A DNA stretch of 64,000 nt from Methanobacteriota archaeon. Lineage in GTDB: Archaea; Thermoplasmatota; Thermoplasmata; SG8-5; JAGLSY01. The notes beneath the pieces were generated by a model, which saw nothing but the letters and a program-made list of their open reading frames with translations, had not been told where the DNA came from and made no database searches. Location of the stretch: assembly GCA_020697715.1 (NCBI GenBank), contig JAEHCO010000001.1, positions 416,001-480,000 of the forward strand, written 5' to 3'. The position numbers were made by a program, and so were the translations under genes. Positions 1-11,331 of this stretch are shown piece after piece (the first letter of the stretch is position 1; the number at the start of each line of letters is the position of its first letter).

Positions 1-311
1 TTGGTATGAACTTCCACCGCCCTGCCAATGATCACCCTATCTTGCAAGCCGCCTAATTTCTTGAACCTGAGAGTGCCATTATCAAGTATGTTCGAAACAA
101 TGAATCCACACTCATCCATATGAGCCATGAGACCTAGTTTGGGTTTCTTCAGATTTGGCTTGCCCAGCCTGACAATGAGATTGCCAATTGTGTCCTCTTC
201 CACATGCCCTTTACTACCAATGGAATCTTTGATATAATCTCTAACCGCCCCTTCATACCCAGGTACGCCTGGGATCATAATCAATTCCTTTAACTGCTCT
301 GATAATTTCAT
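1..311 (-). CDS. M42 family aminopeptidase/endoglucanase (FrvX-like), N-terminal part; runs off window start
   Basis: Manual translation from ATG at 311: MKLSEQLKELIMIPGVPGYEGAVRDYIK...DTIGNLIV...GLMAHMDECGFIVSNILDNGTLRFKKLGGL. PGxE and AHMDE-G motifs are typical of M42. GAGGT lies upstream. Confidence 0.85.
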   Translation of the reverse strand, partial: MKLSEQLKELIMIPGVPGYEGAVRDYIKDSIGSKGHVEEDTIGNLIVRLGKPNLKKPKLGLMAHMDECGFIVSNILDNGTLRFKKLGGLQDRVIIGRAVEVHT

Positions 312-324
312 GAATCATACCTCT

Positions 325-1551
325 TCATTTTTTGATGAAGGGTAATCTCATTACTATCCCATTAAACTTCCTTTTACCTTGTTGTAAGATGAGTTCAGTT
401 CCTGATTTGGTATATTTTCTATCGATCCTGGCCAGAGCGATGGCTTTTTCCAATGTGGGAGAGAAATTACCACTGGTGACCGTGCCTATGACCTCGAGGG
501 AGGGACTATCGAACTGAGGGGGAGACCCCTCCGTTTCCTGTGGAAGCCGATTATCAGTCTGTGAGGGGGCTGTGATACCTATCGGAGCAAGAATTTTGGC
601 ACCAGGACGGGCTACGGCTTTACCTTCTAACATGATGCCGACAAGTCTTTGGTGAAGTTTTTCCTCTTTTTGTTTGATCAAAACATCCTTTCCTATGAAA
701 TCATGATCCCATTTGACCACCCAGGAACAATTAGATTCCAAAGAGCTATGAGATCCTGTGAAATCAGTACCTGATAGAAGATAACCCATTTCCAATCTCA
801 ATGTATCACGAGCGCCAAGACCAATAGGAATAAGACCATCTTCTGTTCCGATTTTAAACAATAAATTCCAGAGTGGAACAGCATATTCATTTTTTATTAT
901 CAGTTCCATACCTTCTTCTCCAGTATATCCAGTACCAGATACTGTTATGATATCATCAGTTTTAAAATCAATATCATTGGATGGGGTGATAATATCAGTA
1001 TTAATATCGATATTATTGGAAGTAACTGACATTATTTTATAATAAGCGAAATTGAATCTTCCAATATCTTTGATACTTTCTCCAAAAATCTTGGAAAGGA
1101 TGTCAATACTCTTTGGACCCTGTATTGCTAAACAGGAATAATCATTTGATAGATCTTCAATGCCAATATCTATATTTTTATTTAGCCAGGAGTGCATCTT
1201 ATCTATTGAAGCAGCGTTTGGGACCATCAAATATTGATCGTCTCTCGTTCTGAAAATTATCGTATCATCGATTATCGCTCCTTTCTCATCCAAAATATGG
1301 GTGTAAACAGATTTTCCTATTATTATTGTGGAAATATCATTCGTGCATAGTTTCTGTAATGATATTGATGGTCCTTCACCACTTATCAAAATCTCCCCCA
1401 TATGAGAAACATCAAAAATACCAGCATTTGATCTGACCGCATGATGTTCTTTTAAAATACCTGTAGGATACTGGATCGGCATCATCCATCCATGGAAATC
1501 TACCAGTTTGGCATCCAATTTCTCATGCTCATCATACAGTGGGGTCTTCAT
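325..1551 (-). CDS. gcvT: Glycine cleavage system aminomethyltransferase T
   Basis: KTPLYDEH, FHGWMMPIQY, GIFDVSHMG, TGYTGEEG and GLGARDTLRLEMG motifs. Start taken at MKTPL (1551). Confidence 0.93.
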   Translation of the reverse strand: MKTPLYDEHEKLDAKLVDFHGWMMPIQYPTGILKEHHAVRSNAGIFDVSHMGEILISGEGPSISLQKLCTNDISTIIIGKSVYTHILDEKGAIIDDTIIFRTRDDQYLMVPNAASIDKMHSWLNKNIDIGIEDLSNDYSCLAIQGPKSIDILSKIFGESIKDIGRFNFAYYKIMSVTSNNIDINTDIITPSNDIDFKTDDIITVSGTGYTGEEGMELIIKNEYAVPLWNLLFKIGTEDGLIPIGLGARDTLRLEMGYLLSGTDFTGSHSSLESNCSWVVKWDHDFIGKDVLIKQKEEKLHQRLVGIMLEGKAVARPGAKILAPIGITAPSQTDNRLPQETEGSPPQFDSPSLEVIGTVTSGNFSPTLEKAIALARIDRKYTKSGTELILQQGKRKFNGIVMRLPFIKK

Positions 1552-1687
1552 GAGCTTGGACAATCCAATTATGGATATATAATTTTTCAATAGATGATAG
1601 TGAAAATCAGAATTATCATCACTTTGAAAATGATCAAATTGTCTTTATGAAAGAATCCACTTGATTATTCATAGATCAAATACCCCC

Positions 1688-2068
1688 TCATTTGATCTTC
1701 CATTTGTTCTTTCTTTCTATCACCATCATCTCGAATTTAGGATGGAGTCTCCAAGCTAATTCTTCTATTCTATCCATATTTTTAATGAATTTGGATTTAC
1801 TTTCTTCATTGAATAGTTTATAGAATTGCCTTCTTTTTGATACAAAATCGAATAAATAGAACACTCCAAGTAATAATACGACAGTACCTGTGATAATGAG
1901 CCAGTATATCCACCCACCAAGAGATTCTTTGATCGTGGAAAAGATGGATCCAGATCCTTCTTCCGCCAATATTCCCAATCCGGTGAACAAGACAAGTATT
2001 GCTCCAAAAATAGTTAGGAATATACTCAACTCGATCTTATATTGATGGAAGAATTTATTTATTTTCAT
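1688..2068 (-). CDS. Two-TM membrane protein, DUF3198-like
   Basis: Two hydrophobic helices followed by SKSKFIKNMDRIEELAWRLHPKF, which resembles the Thermoplasmata DUF3198 C-terminus (from memory). Confidence 0.6.
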   Translation of the reverse strand: MKINKFFHQYKIELSIFLTIFGAILVLFTGLGILAEEGSGSIFSTIKESLGGWIYWLIITGTVVLLLGVFYLFDFVSKRRQFYKLFNEESKSKFIKNMDRIEELAWRLHPKFEMMVIERKNKWKIK

Positions 2069-2120
2069 ATATGACCTAAATTTCGATTTGTGATTTATAA
2101 TTTTCGTTAATGTTGTTCGA

Positions 2121-2450
2121 TCCCTTAATTTTCAAACCTTTATTTCATATGTAAGGAAAACGACGTATTTTATCTACAGTTATATTTTCAATAATTGGGA
2201 ATGACAATCAAACATCATAATTTTTTTATTTTTAAAACACACACAATTATTGACCTAGCCAGTTGTCAATAATATATAAATCGATATAAGTGCTCCAAGC
2301 TAAGAAAACTATTAGTAGGATTTGCTTTCTTACCATCCTGCTCATTTGTATAATGCGGCCTTCCAATGGAAATATAGGGGTCCCCCCCACCATTTAGATC
2401 TTGGTGATAGGGATAAATAACCCCCCCATCTGGAACTGCAAATTAGGGGG
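2121..2450. other. Putative replication origin (oriC): ORB/mini-ORB motifs flanking an AT-rich tract
   Basis: TTCCAATGGAAATATAGGGGT at 2361-2381 matches the archaeal ORB consensus. A similar GAACTGCAAATTAGGGGG lies at 2433-2450, and an inverted mini-ORB TTACATATGAAATAAAGG on the - strand at 2137-2154. The spacer is AT-rich and the region is directly upstream of cdc6. Confidence 0.75.
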
Positions 2451-2458
2451 AGCACACC

Positions 2459-3706
2459 GTGACAGCCACGATCTTCGATAAACACCTTAAAAAGCCCTCG
2501 ATATTCAAGAGGGACAGGGATATCATGAGCTCATCATATATCCCGGAGAAGCTATTGCACAGGGATGACCAGATCAACCAGATAGCCAGCATCCTCGTTC
2601 CTGCTTTGAGAGGTGAAAGACCATCCAATATACTGATATTTGGAAAGACTGGAACAGGGAAAACAGCCACTGCCAAATACATGAGCAAAGAAATAACCAA
2701 AGCAGCTCAATCCACTCTTACCAAATTCAATGATGTTGTTTATATTTACATAAATTGCGAGATAGTGGACACCCAATATGGTGTTCTACAGAATATCGGT
2801 AATAGGTTCATAAAGGATTTTGATGAGCGAATCCCTCCAACTGGCTGGGCCACTGAAAGAGTGTATTATAAATTGAAAGAAGAGATGGATTCCAAACCCA
2901 GGGTGTGCATCGTCGTTCTGGATGAGATCGATAGGTTCGTGCACAAGACCGGGGATGATGCTCTTTATCGCCTTACAAAGATCAATGACGAGTTTGAAAA
3001 TGCGAAGATGTGCCTGATCGGCATATCCAATAATATGAAATTCACAGAACTTCTTGACCCAAGGATCAGAAGTAGATTGGGTGATGAGAAAATGGTATTC
3101 CCGCCATATGACGCGGATCAATTACGGGATATTCTCGCACAAAGGTCGGAACTAGCCTTCGCTGAGAATGTGGTAGATCCAAATGTTCTATCACTTTGTG
3201 CCGCTGTTGAAGCCAATGAACAGGGGGATGCTCGAAGTGCCCTGGACCTTCTCAGGGTGTCAGCGGAACTGGCAGAAAGGAACCGTGATGAGAAGGTCAC
3301 GGAGCAGCATGTTTACAAGGCCAAGAACAAAATAGAATTGGATTGCGTCATAGAGGCCGTTAGAACCCTCCCTCTTCAATCCAAAGTCATACTCTTGGGC
3401 ATACTCATGAATGAGGAGATAGGTCAGTTAAAACTCACTACAGGCGATGTATACGCCACCTACAAGGAGCTTTGTAGAAAGATCGGTCTGGCGATGGTCA
3501 CACAACGCCGCGTCACAGATCTGATATCCGAATTGGACATGATGGGTATCATAAGCGCGAGGGTGAAATCCTTCGGCAGGGGTGGCAGGACCAAGGAAAT
3601 TGTTTCCAGTGTTCCTTTACTGGAAACCAAATCCGCACTTTTGAGAGACCCGATGATCGAAACACTGGGTGATTATAAATTAAAACATCAGATGACATTG
3701 ATGTGA
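2459..3706 (+). CDS. cdc6: Orc1/Cdc6 replication initiator
   Basis: YIPEKLLHRD, Walker A GKTGTGKT, Walker B VVLDEID, FPPYDA, GDARSALDLLR and a C-terminal wHTH ending GRGGRTK. Confidence 0.97.
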   Translation: MTATIFDKHLKKPSIFKRDRDIMSSSYIPEKLLHRDDQINQIASILVPALRGERPSNILIFGKTGTGKTATAKYMSKEITKAAQSTLTKFNDVVYIYINCEIVDTQYGVLQNIGNRFIKDFDERIPPTGWATERVYYKLKEEMDSKPRVCIVVLDEIDRFVHKTGDDALYRLTKINDEFENAKMCLIGISNNMKFTELLDPRIRSRLGDEKMVFPPYDADQLRDILAQRSELAFAENVVDPNVLSLCAAVEANEQGDARSALDLLRVSAELAERNRDEKVTEQHVYKAKNKIELDCVIEAVRTLPLQSKVILLGILMNEEIGQLKLTTGDVYATYKELCRKIGLAMVTQRRVTDLISELDMMGIISARVKSFGRGGRTKEIVSSVPLLETKSALLRDPMIETLGDYKLKHQMTLM

Positions 3707-3746
3707 AATAAACTAAAAAAATCAAATGATATTGATATCACGATCA

Positions 3747-4808
3747 TTATTTCGAAGAGATATCTTCATCTGGTGAAGAAGTGCTATCAACCTCTTCGCC
3801 GATATCTTCCTCGATATCTGAAAGAATATCCTTTTTCTCTTCATCTGGGACAGGATCACCAATGTTCACATCCGTCTCTTCCATTCCCGGATCACTGGTA
3901 GGTTCTATTTCCTCTCTATTATCAAGATCCCCAATATCTTCTTGGACATGGTTTCCATCTTCATCCTCGTCATCTTCCTTTTTCATGGCCTTTTTGACCA
4001 ATGGCAAACCAAAATCAAGGAACAGTGGGATACCGATCAGGATTGCAATGGACACAAATAGATTGGGCCAGCTATTTGGCGGGGTATCTCCCCTTATCCC
4101 GCCTGTGAAGGAGAGTTTTATGAGACCGAACCATGGTATTTCCCCAATGGCTTTTCCAACCACCCACTCTTCTTTAACAAGCATGTAGCCTCCGGATCTT
4201 TGGTCGTGAGCGGGAACATTATTATCCCCCATAGTTACAAATCCACTATGCGGCTCCGCGTCCGCATGTCGGAAATTGAATATAATTCCCTCGATCCCGA
4301 TTAATACGCTATTTTCCTTGTAACCATATGCATTTATGACGATGTCATTGCTAATGGCATAAAGTCCAAGTTCTGGAGCATCGAAGCTTAGATTGTAATA
4401 ATCATACCTTCCAGAAGGTTGTTCACTCACCATCGATTCATTGATCTCTAACCATAGTACAGCTCGATGGATGATGGGTGTTGCCAGGGAATTACCATTT
4501 GGTTTGTATATGATCACATTTCCGAATTCTCCATATGATCTTTGATTGGTCCCCTCCCCTCCAACATAGGTCACGATATCATCTTTGGTAGGTGAATCCT
4601 TAACAAGTACCATATCGCCAGTATCGATCACGCCTATTTGGCTATCAATACTGTGGCTCATGCTGCCGGATTCCACAACAACCACTGGCGGCCACACCTG
4701 GCAATAGGCCATGAGAGCGCCCATTATTATCGCAACTACAATGATAGCCGCGATGACATCTTTGGCCACTCCAATTATCGTTTTCTTCGCAATCTCTTTG
4801 TCCATCAT
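3747..4808 (-). CDS. S26 family signal peptidase I (archaeal type) with acidic C-terminal tail
   Basis: N-terminal TM, VVESGSM (catalytic Ser), IIHRA (His), TMGDNN, IPWFG, C-terminal TM and a D/E-rich tail. Confidence 0.88.
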   Translation of the reverse strand: MMDKEIAKKTIIGVAKDVIAAIIVVAIIMGALMAYCQVWPPVVVVESGSMSHSIDSQIGVIDTGDMVLVKDSPTKDDIVTYVGGEGTNQRSYGEFGNVIIYKPNGNSLATPIIHRAVLWLEINESMVSEQPSGRYDYYNLSFDAPELGLYAISNDIVINAYGYKENSVLIGIEGIIFNFRHADAEPHSGFVTMGDNNVPAHDQRSGGYMLVKEEWVVGKAIGEIPWFGLIKLSFTGGIRGDTPPNSWPNLFVSIAILIGIPLFLDFGLPLVKKAMKKEDDEDEDGNHVQEDIGDLDNREEIEPTSDPGMEETDVNIGDPVPDEEKKDILSDIEEDIGEEVDSTSSPDEDISSK

Positions 4809-4897
4809 AAACCCTGTGGGCATCGCAATTTATTGTTCATATATAAAATAAGCCCAAAGAATCATAAACACCTTTCACTTCCACTCTCTGATAAGTT

Positions 4898-5371
4898 ATG
4901 AAAGAACCTACAGAGAAGGAATCCAATCCGGGCACAAGGCCTTCAAAGGACGAATATTTCATGGCCATGGCCCTTCTGGCCTCCAAGAGATCCACATGCC
5001 TCAGGCGAGCGGTGGGAGCAGTTCTTGTGAAGGATGGCCATGTGCTTTCGACCGGATACAATGGCGCACCTAAGGGACTGGATCATTGTGCGATAACTGG
5101 TTGTATAAGGGATCAGATGAATGTTCCCAGTGGAGAAAGACATGAGCTTTGCCGAGGTGTGCATGCGGAACAGAATGCCATTATCCAGGCAGCGTATTTC
5201 GGCGTCAGTGTGAATGGCGCGAAGATATACATCACGAATCACCCGTGCAGTGTGTGTGCGAAGATGTTGCTGAATGCGGGCATCGTGGAAGTGATCTACA
5301 AAGGTGATTACCATGATGAATTGGCTGTTGAGATGCTGGAAGAGGGCGATATCAAGATCTGGCGTTTGTGA
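4898..5371 (+). CDS. dCMP deaminase (ComEB-like)
   Basis: RSTCLRRAVGA, TGYNG, HAEQNA and PCSVC zinc-binding motifs. Confidence 0.92.
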   Translation: MKEPTEKESNPGTRPSKDEYFMAMALLASKRSTCLRRAVGAVLVKDGHVLSTGYNGAPKGLDHCAITGCIRDQMNVPSGERHELCRGVHAEQNAIIQAAYFGVSVNGAKIYITNHPCSVCAKMLLNAGIVEVIYKGDYHDELAVEMLEEGDIKIWRL

Positions 5372-5465
5372 ATTCGCAGCTCTTTAATTTGTGCATCATC
5401 GAGATCTCATTATCATTTAACAATACAAAATCGGTAAAGGTTTTATATCAATTATAGGCTATTAC

Positions 5466-8426
5466 ATGTTCATGGCTGACAGCAATGGGGGATACAATAA
5501 TGATCTGAGACCTGTTATTCACAGATCTTTCGATCTAATGAAATTCCAGATAAGCCGCATACTGCTGGTATCCAGTCTTTACGATGCTTTCACATTGGAA
5601 GAAGAGGGTTTATTATCCGAACAGATATCTGGAAAATATGAGGACATGGCTCTCTCGTCTCCCCCGCGGATCAGCCGGGTGTCCACTGGTGAAGAAGCAT
5701 TGGCCGAGCTCATGGAAAGGAATTATGATCTGATAATCACCATGCCAAGGCTGATAGATACGGATCCATTTGAATTTGGAAAGAAAGCGAAGGAACTTCA
5801 GCCAGGAGTTCCTGTGGTACTTCTTGTCATGGATAGATCGGATCTACCAACATTTTACAGGCCTGGTCGTCATGATAATATTGACAAGATATTCTATTGG
5901 AATGGAGACTCCGCGCTTTTCATGGCCATCACCAAATATGTTGAAGATCTGATGAATGTGGAAAGGGATACTGAATTGGGACTTGTCCGTGTCATACTGG
6001 TCGTTGAGGATTCCCCACGATATTATTCCATATTCCTACCATCCATCTATACCGAAATAGTGCATCAGACCCAGTCCTTGATAGCAGAGGGTCTGAATGA
6101 TCATGAAAAGGTATTCAGAAAGCGTAGCAGACCCAAGATACTTCTTGCTGAGAACTATGAAGAAGCAATAGACATATACACGAAATACAAGCAGCATATT
6201 CTTGGAGTCATAACTGATGTATCTTATCGAAAGGATGGGAAGAGAGAGCATGAGGCTGGCTTTCTACTCCTTGATGAATTGGACAAGGACACACCAGTTC
6301 TCATACAGTCATCCCATGTCGAGTGTGGTGTGAGAGCCAGAGAACTGGGTAAAGTGTTCTTGGACAAGAATTCTGAAACACTTCTTCAGGATCTGAGAGA
6401 CTTCTTCAAGAGCCATCTTGGATTTGGTGATTTCATTTTCCAGATGCCGACTGGCGAGCATATCGTGCACGCCTCGGACATCAATGAGTTCATCGAGGCT
6501 TTGGCCGACGTCCCGCCCGAGTCAGTGATGTTTCATGCAAAAGCCAATCAATTTTCTAATTGGCTCATGGCCCGGGGTGAGGTGGATCTTGCCCGGAAAC
6601 TGAGGCCGAAGAAAGTATCTGATTTCAAGAATGAGGAGGAAATGAGACATTATTTGATATCTTCTATTTTGGAGTCCAGCCAGGCCAAGCGCCGTGGCAT
6701 AATCACTGATTTTGATCAACAGAATTTCGGATACCAAGAGACCTTCACAAGGTTGGGTGGAGGATCCCTTGGTGGTAAAGGAAGGGGACTGGCCTTCCTG
6801 TCATCCCTGCTGAAGCAGAGTGATGTTCGAAAGAAGATCAAAGGATGTACTGTGAAAGTGCCAGACACCATGGTAATTGGAACAGATATCTTTGATGAAT
6901 TCATGGAATCCAATAACATGCACGAGTACATCAATAATGAACTTACGGATTCCGAGATCGCTGATCTTTTCATAAATGCCAGAGTATCACCTGAAATAAA
7001 AAAAGACTTGAAAAAATATCTATCTTTGGTGAGACAACCACTTGCAGTCCGGTCCTCCAGTTTGCTGGAAGACTCCCAGAACCAGCCATTTGCTGGCATA
7101 TATTCAACTTTCATGCTTCCGAATAATTGTATCGATGAGGATACCAGGCTGGAGCAATTGTGCCAGGCCATAAAATTAGTCTATGCTTCAGCTTTTTACA
7201 GATCGGCCAAGGCCTATATCCAATCAACAGTCCACATCACGGAGGAAGAAAAAATGGCCATCGTCCTGCAAAAGTTGATAGGCAAGCCATATGATGACAA
7301 GTTCTATCCCATATTCTCCGGTGTGGCGCAATCGACAAACTATTATCCAGTAGCCCCGCTCAAGCGGGATGATGGCATCACCAGCGTTGCCCTTGGCCTG
7401 GGTCGTATAGTTGTCGAAGGCGAGAAAGTTCTTAATTTCTCTCCAGAATACCCCAAGATCATACAGGGATTCTCCACGCCAGAGGAGATATTGAAGAATT
7501 CGCAAAATCATTTCTATGTTTTGAACATCGATTCATCAGGTTCATGCTATGATTTCAGAATGGGCGAGGATGTGTCCTTGCTTCAATTCCCAATATCGGA
7601 AGCAGAGAAGGATGGTTCATTGGTATATCTGGCCAGTACCTACGATGCCAATGACAATCGCATCAGGGATGGCGTAGGATATGCAGGTCCGAAGCTGATA
7701 ACATTCGCCGGGATCCTGAATTACAATATGATACCATTGGTCAAAATAGTTAAGGAAATACTTAAGGTCGGAGCCACAGGTATGGGCAGTCCAGTGGAGA
7801 TCGAGTTCGCGGCCACGACCAATGATGAGGGGAAGCCCGAATTCTACGTTCTACAGATACGCCCCCTTGTTGGCCTGAAGGAAAAGAAAGAGGTGAAGAT
7901 CAAGCAGAAGGATATTGACGATTCTTTCATTCACACCCACAAGGCTCTTGGCAATGGAATACTGGAAGGGGTTCGTGATATTCTTTTCATACCTCCTGAA
8001 AAATTCGACAATACAAGGACCATGGAGATCGCTCAGGAAATAGGCCAGATGAATAAGGAATTGGAAGGAAGGCCATATTTATTGATCGGGCCAGGGCGCT
8101 GGGGCACGAGAGATCGCTCACTTGGAATTCCAGTGGAATGGGATCAGATATCCAATGCCAGGGCGATCGTTGAAGCATCTCTAGAGGATTTCAGGATAGA
8201 CCCATCTCATGGCACTCATTTCTTCCATAATATAACATCACTGGGTATCATGTATTTCTCTATTCCTTATGGCACCCCGAAAGCCAATATGAAATGGGAA
8301 TGGCTTGCTTCTCAGAAACCAGAAAAGCAAATGAATTTCGTCACTCATATCGGGCTGGAAAAGGAATTGAATATCAGGGTGGATGGAAGAAGTGGGCAGG
8401 GCACCATATCTGGATCTGTAGAATGA
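5466..8426 (+). CDS. Receiver-domain-fused PEP/pyruvate-binding (PPDK_N ATP-grasp) protein
   Basis: N-terminal REC-like segments (RILLVSS...YDLIIT; ILVVEDS; GVITDV). Then GGKGRGL, AVRSSSLLED, FAGIYST, SVALGLG, EIEFA and LQIRP of the PEP synthase/PPDK nucleotide-binding domain. C-terminal SHGTHFFHN. Confidence 0.85.
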   Translation: MFMADSNGGYNNDLRPVIHRSFDLMKFQISRILLVSSLYDAFTLEEEGLLSEQISGKYEDMALSSPPRISRVSTGEEALAELMERNYDLIITMPRLIDTDPFEFGKKAKELQPGVPVVLLVMDRSDLPTFYRPGRHDNIDKIFYWNGDSALFMAITKYVEDLMNVERDTELGLVRVILVVEDSPRYYSIFLPSIYTEIVHQTQSLIAEGLNDHEKVFRKRSRPKILLAENYEEAIDIYTKYKQHILGVITDVSYRKDGKREHEAGFLLLDELDKDTPVLIQSSHVECGVRARELGKVFLDKNSETLLQDLRDFFKSHLGFGDFIFQMPTGEHIVHASDINEFIEALADVPPESVMFHAKANQFSNWLMARGEVDLARKLRPKKVSDFKNEEEMRHYLISSILESSQAKRRGIITDFDQQNFGYQETFTRLGGGSLGGKGRGLAFLSSLLKQSDVRKKIKGCTVKVPDTMVIGTDIFDEFMESNNMHEYINNELTDSEIADLFINARVSPEIKKDLKKYLSLVRQPLAVRSSSLLEDSQNQPFAGIYSTFMLPNNCIDEDTRLEQLCQAIKLVYASAFYRSAKAYIQSTVHITEEEKMAIVLQKLIGKPYDDKFYPIFSGVAQSTNYYPVAPLKRDDGITSVALGLGRIVVEGEKVLNFSPEYPKIIQGFSTPEEILKNSQNHFYVLNIDSSGSCYDFRMGEDVSLLQFPISEAEKDGSLVYLASTYDANDNRIRDGVGYAGPKLITFAGILNYNMIPLVKIVKEILKVGATGMGSPVEIEFAATTNDEGKPEFYVLQIRPLVGLKEKKEVKIKQKDIDDSFIHTHKALGNGILEGVRDILFIPPEKFDNTRTMEIAQEIGQMNKELEGRPYLLIGPGRWGTRDRSLGIPVEWDQISNARAIVEASLEDFRIDPSHGTHFFHNITSLGIMYFSIPYGTPKANMKWEWLASQKPEKQMNFVTHIGLEKELNIRVDGRSGQGTISGSVE

Positions 8427-8498
8427 TATTTTATTTAACTCAATAAAATCTGTACAATGATTTGTGATACGATATAAGATTAGAAAAATGAAAAGTAG

Positions 8499-8532
8499 GC
8501 CCTGGCCTTTGAAAGCCAGGGCATTTATTTTT
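8499..8532. terminator. Hairpin between convergent genes
   Basis: GCCCTGGC-ctttgaaa-GCCAGGGC (8499-8522), with a T-tract on the right and an A-rich tract on the left. Confidence 0.6.
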
Positions 8533-8571
8533 TAGCTTGCTTAGATCAATACATGACTTAGCTAGACCTGT

Positions 8572-9924
<1,353 letters not shown>

Positions 9925-10099
9925 TTAGTTAGTCCAGTAACCTTCCAGGCTACTGATCTATCTCATATTCCGTAGATTTTCATCTGTTTAACACGGTTAT
10001 TTCGGGAGATAAAATACGCATATATAATGTAATAGGTCAAAGAAAGTGTTATAATTAGCAGAAAAACTATAAATGGATGTAATGCTGTCCATTATTTAC

Positions 10100-11290
10100 A
10101 TGCATCCAATAGAGGATATCAGAGGATCTTCATCTTCCAGGCTTGGTGGAAAGACCATCGTACTTGGAATAACAGGAAGTATCGCGGCAGTTGAGACCAT
10201 CCGGATGGCGAGGGAGCTGGCACGGCATGGTGCGAATGTCATACCGGTCATGTCCGAAGCCGCTACCAAGATAATCCATCCAGATGCAATTCACTTCGCC
10301 ACTGGCCATGATCCAATTATCAAATTGGATGGGGCAGTGAAGCATGTGGAGCTGTGCGGTGAGACCAGTAGCAGGGCGGATCTTCTACTCATAGCACCAG
10401 CGACGGCTAATACAATTTCTAAGATCGCCCATGCGATAGACGACACACCAGTGACCACGATGGCCACATGCGCTATGGGATCGAAGATGCCCATTGTGAT
10501 CGTGCCCGCCATGCATGGATCAATGTACAAGCATGAACTTCTTTTGAATAATATTCAGCTTCTGAAAGACCACGGTGTCATATTTGTCCAACCCAGAGTG
10601 GAAGAGGGCAAGGCGAAGATAGCTTCCAGGGATGACATAGTTCATTCGGCCATGAGGACTCTGGGTGACAATACATTCGCATCAAAGAAGGTTCTGATAA
10701 TAACTGGCCCAACTTCCGAACCAGTGGATGACGTGCGTGTGATGACCAACCGTTCCACCGGATACACAGGGGTGCAATTGGCCCTCGAAGCTTTTTATCG
10801 AGGTGCGGAAGTCGAGGTATGGGCATCCACAGGCGTGGACGTCCCGAATATGCTGGTTGTGAAGAGGTTCGAGACCGTTGGTGATCTGGAGAACCTGGCC
10901 GGCGAGGCGAAAGCAGATATCATTCTTGTCCCAGCTGCCATATCGGACTTCCTTATTGAGAAATATGAAGGGAAGGTAAGTTCCTCCGAGCCCACCACCA
11001 TTGAATTGACCCAGGCTCCCAAGATACTGGGACTTCTGCGAAAGAACACGCAAGCTCTTATAGTGGGCTTCAAAGCAGAGACTGGCATAGGCCTTGAGGA
11101 GCTGGAATCCAGAGCCATAAAGAGGATGAAAGAGCATGGCCTGGGTATGATAATTGCCAATCTGATAGAGGATGTCGGGCCATACGATACGAAGGCCATG
11201 ATCCTCCGCAAGGACGGTAAGAAAGATATCTTCGAGCTAAAGAAATCAGAGTTGGCCACAATTGTTTTCGATATAATAAAGGGTGGCTGA
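10100..11290 (+). CDS. coaBC: Bifunctional phosphopantothenoylcysteine decarboxylase/synthetase
   Basis: GITGSIAA, APATANTISKIA, PAMH, TGPTSEPVDDVR.TNRSTG, AAISDF and VGFKAE. Confidence 0.95.
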   Translation: MHPIEDIRGSSSSRLGGKTIVLGITGSIAAVETIRMARELARHGANVIPVMSEAATKIIHPDAIHFATGHDPIIKLDGAVKHVELCGETSSRADLLLIAPATANTISKIAHAIDDTPVTTMATCAMGSKMPIVIVPAMHGSMYKHELLLNNIQLLKDHGVIFVQPRVEEGKAKIASRDDIVHSAMRTLGDNTFASKKVLIITGPTSEPVDDVRVMTNRSTGYTGVQLALEAFYRGAEVEVWASTGVDVPNMLVVKRFETVGDLENLAGEAKADIILVPAAISDFLIEKYEGKVSSSEPTTIELTQAPKILGLLRKNTQALIVGFKAETGIGLEELESRAIKRMKEHGLGMIIANLIEDVGPYDTKAMILRKDGKKDIFELKKSELATIVFDIIKGG

Positions 11291-11331
11291 ATGCGAGAGC
11301 AAAGCGATCGCATTCTGAACCTCGACATGAA

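Noticed and set aside
3602-3626. ORB-like palindrome GTTTCCAGT...ACTGGAAAC inside cdc6
   Set aside because: No G-string and it lies within coding sequence, so it is probably coincidental.
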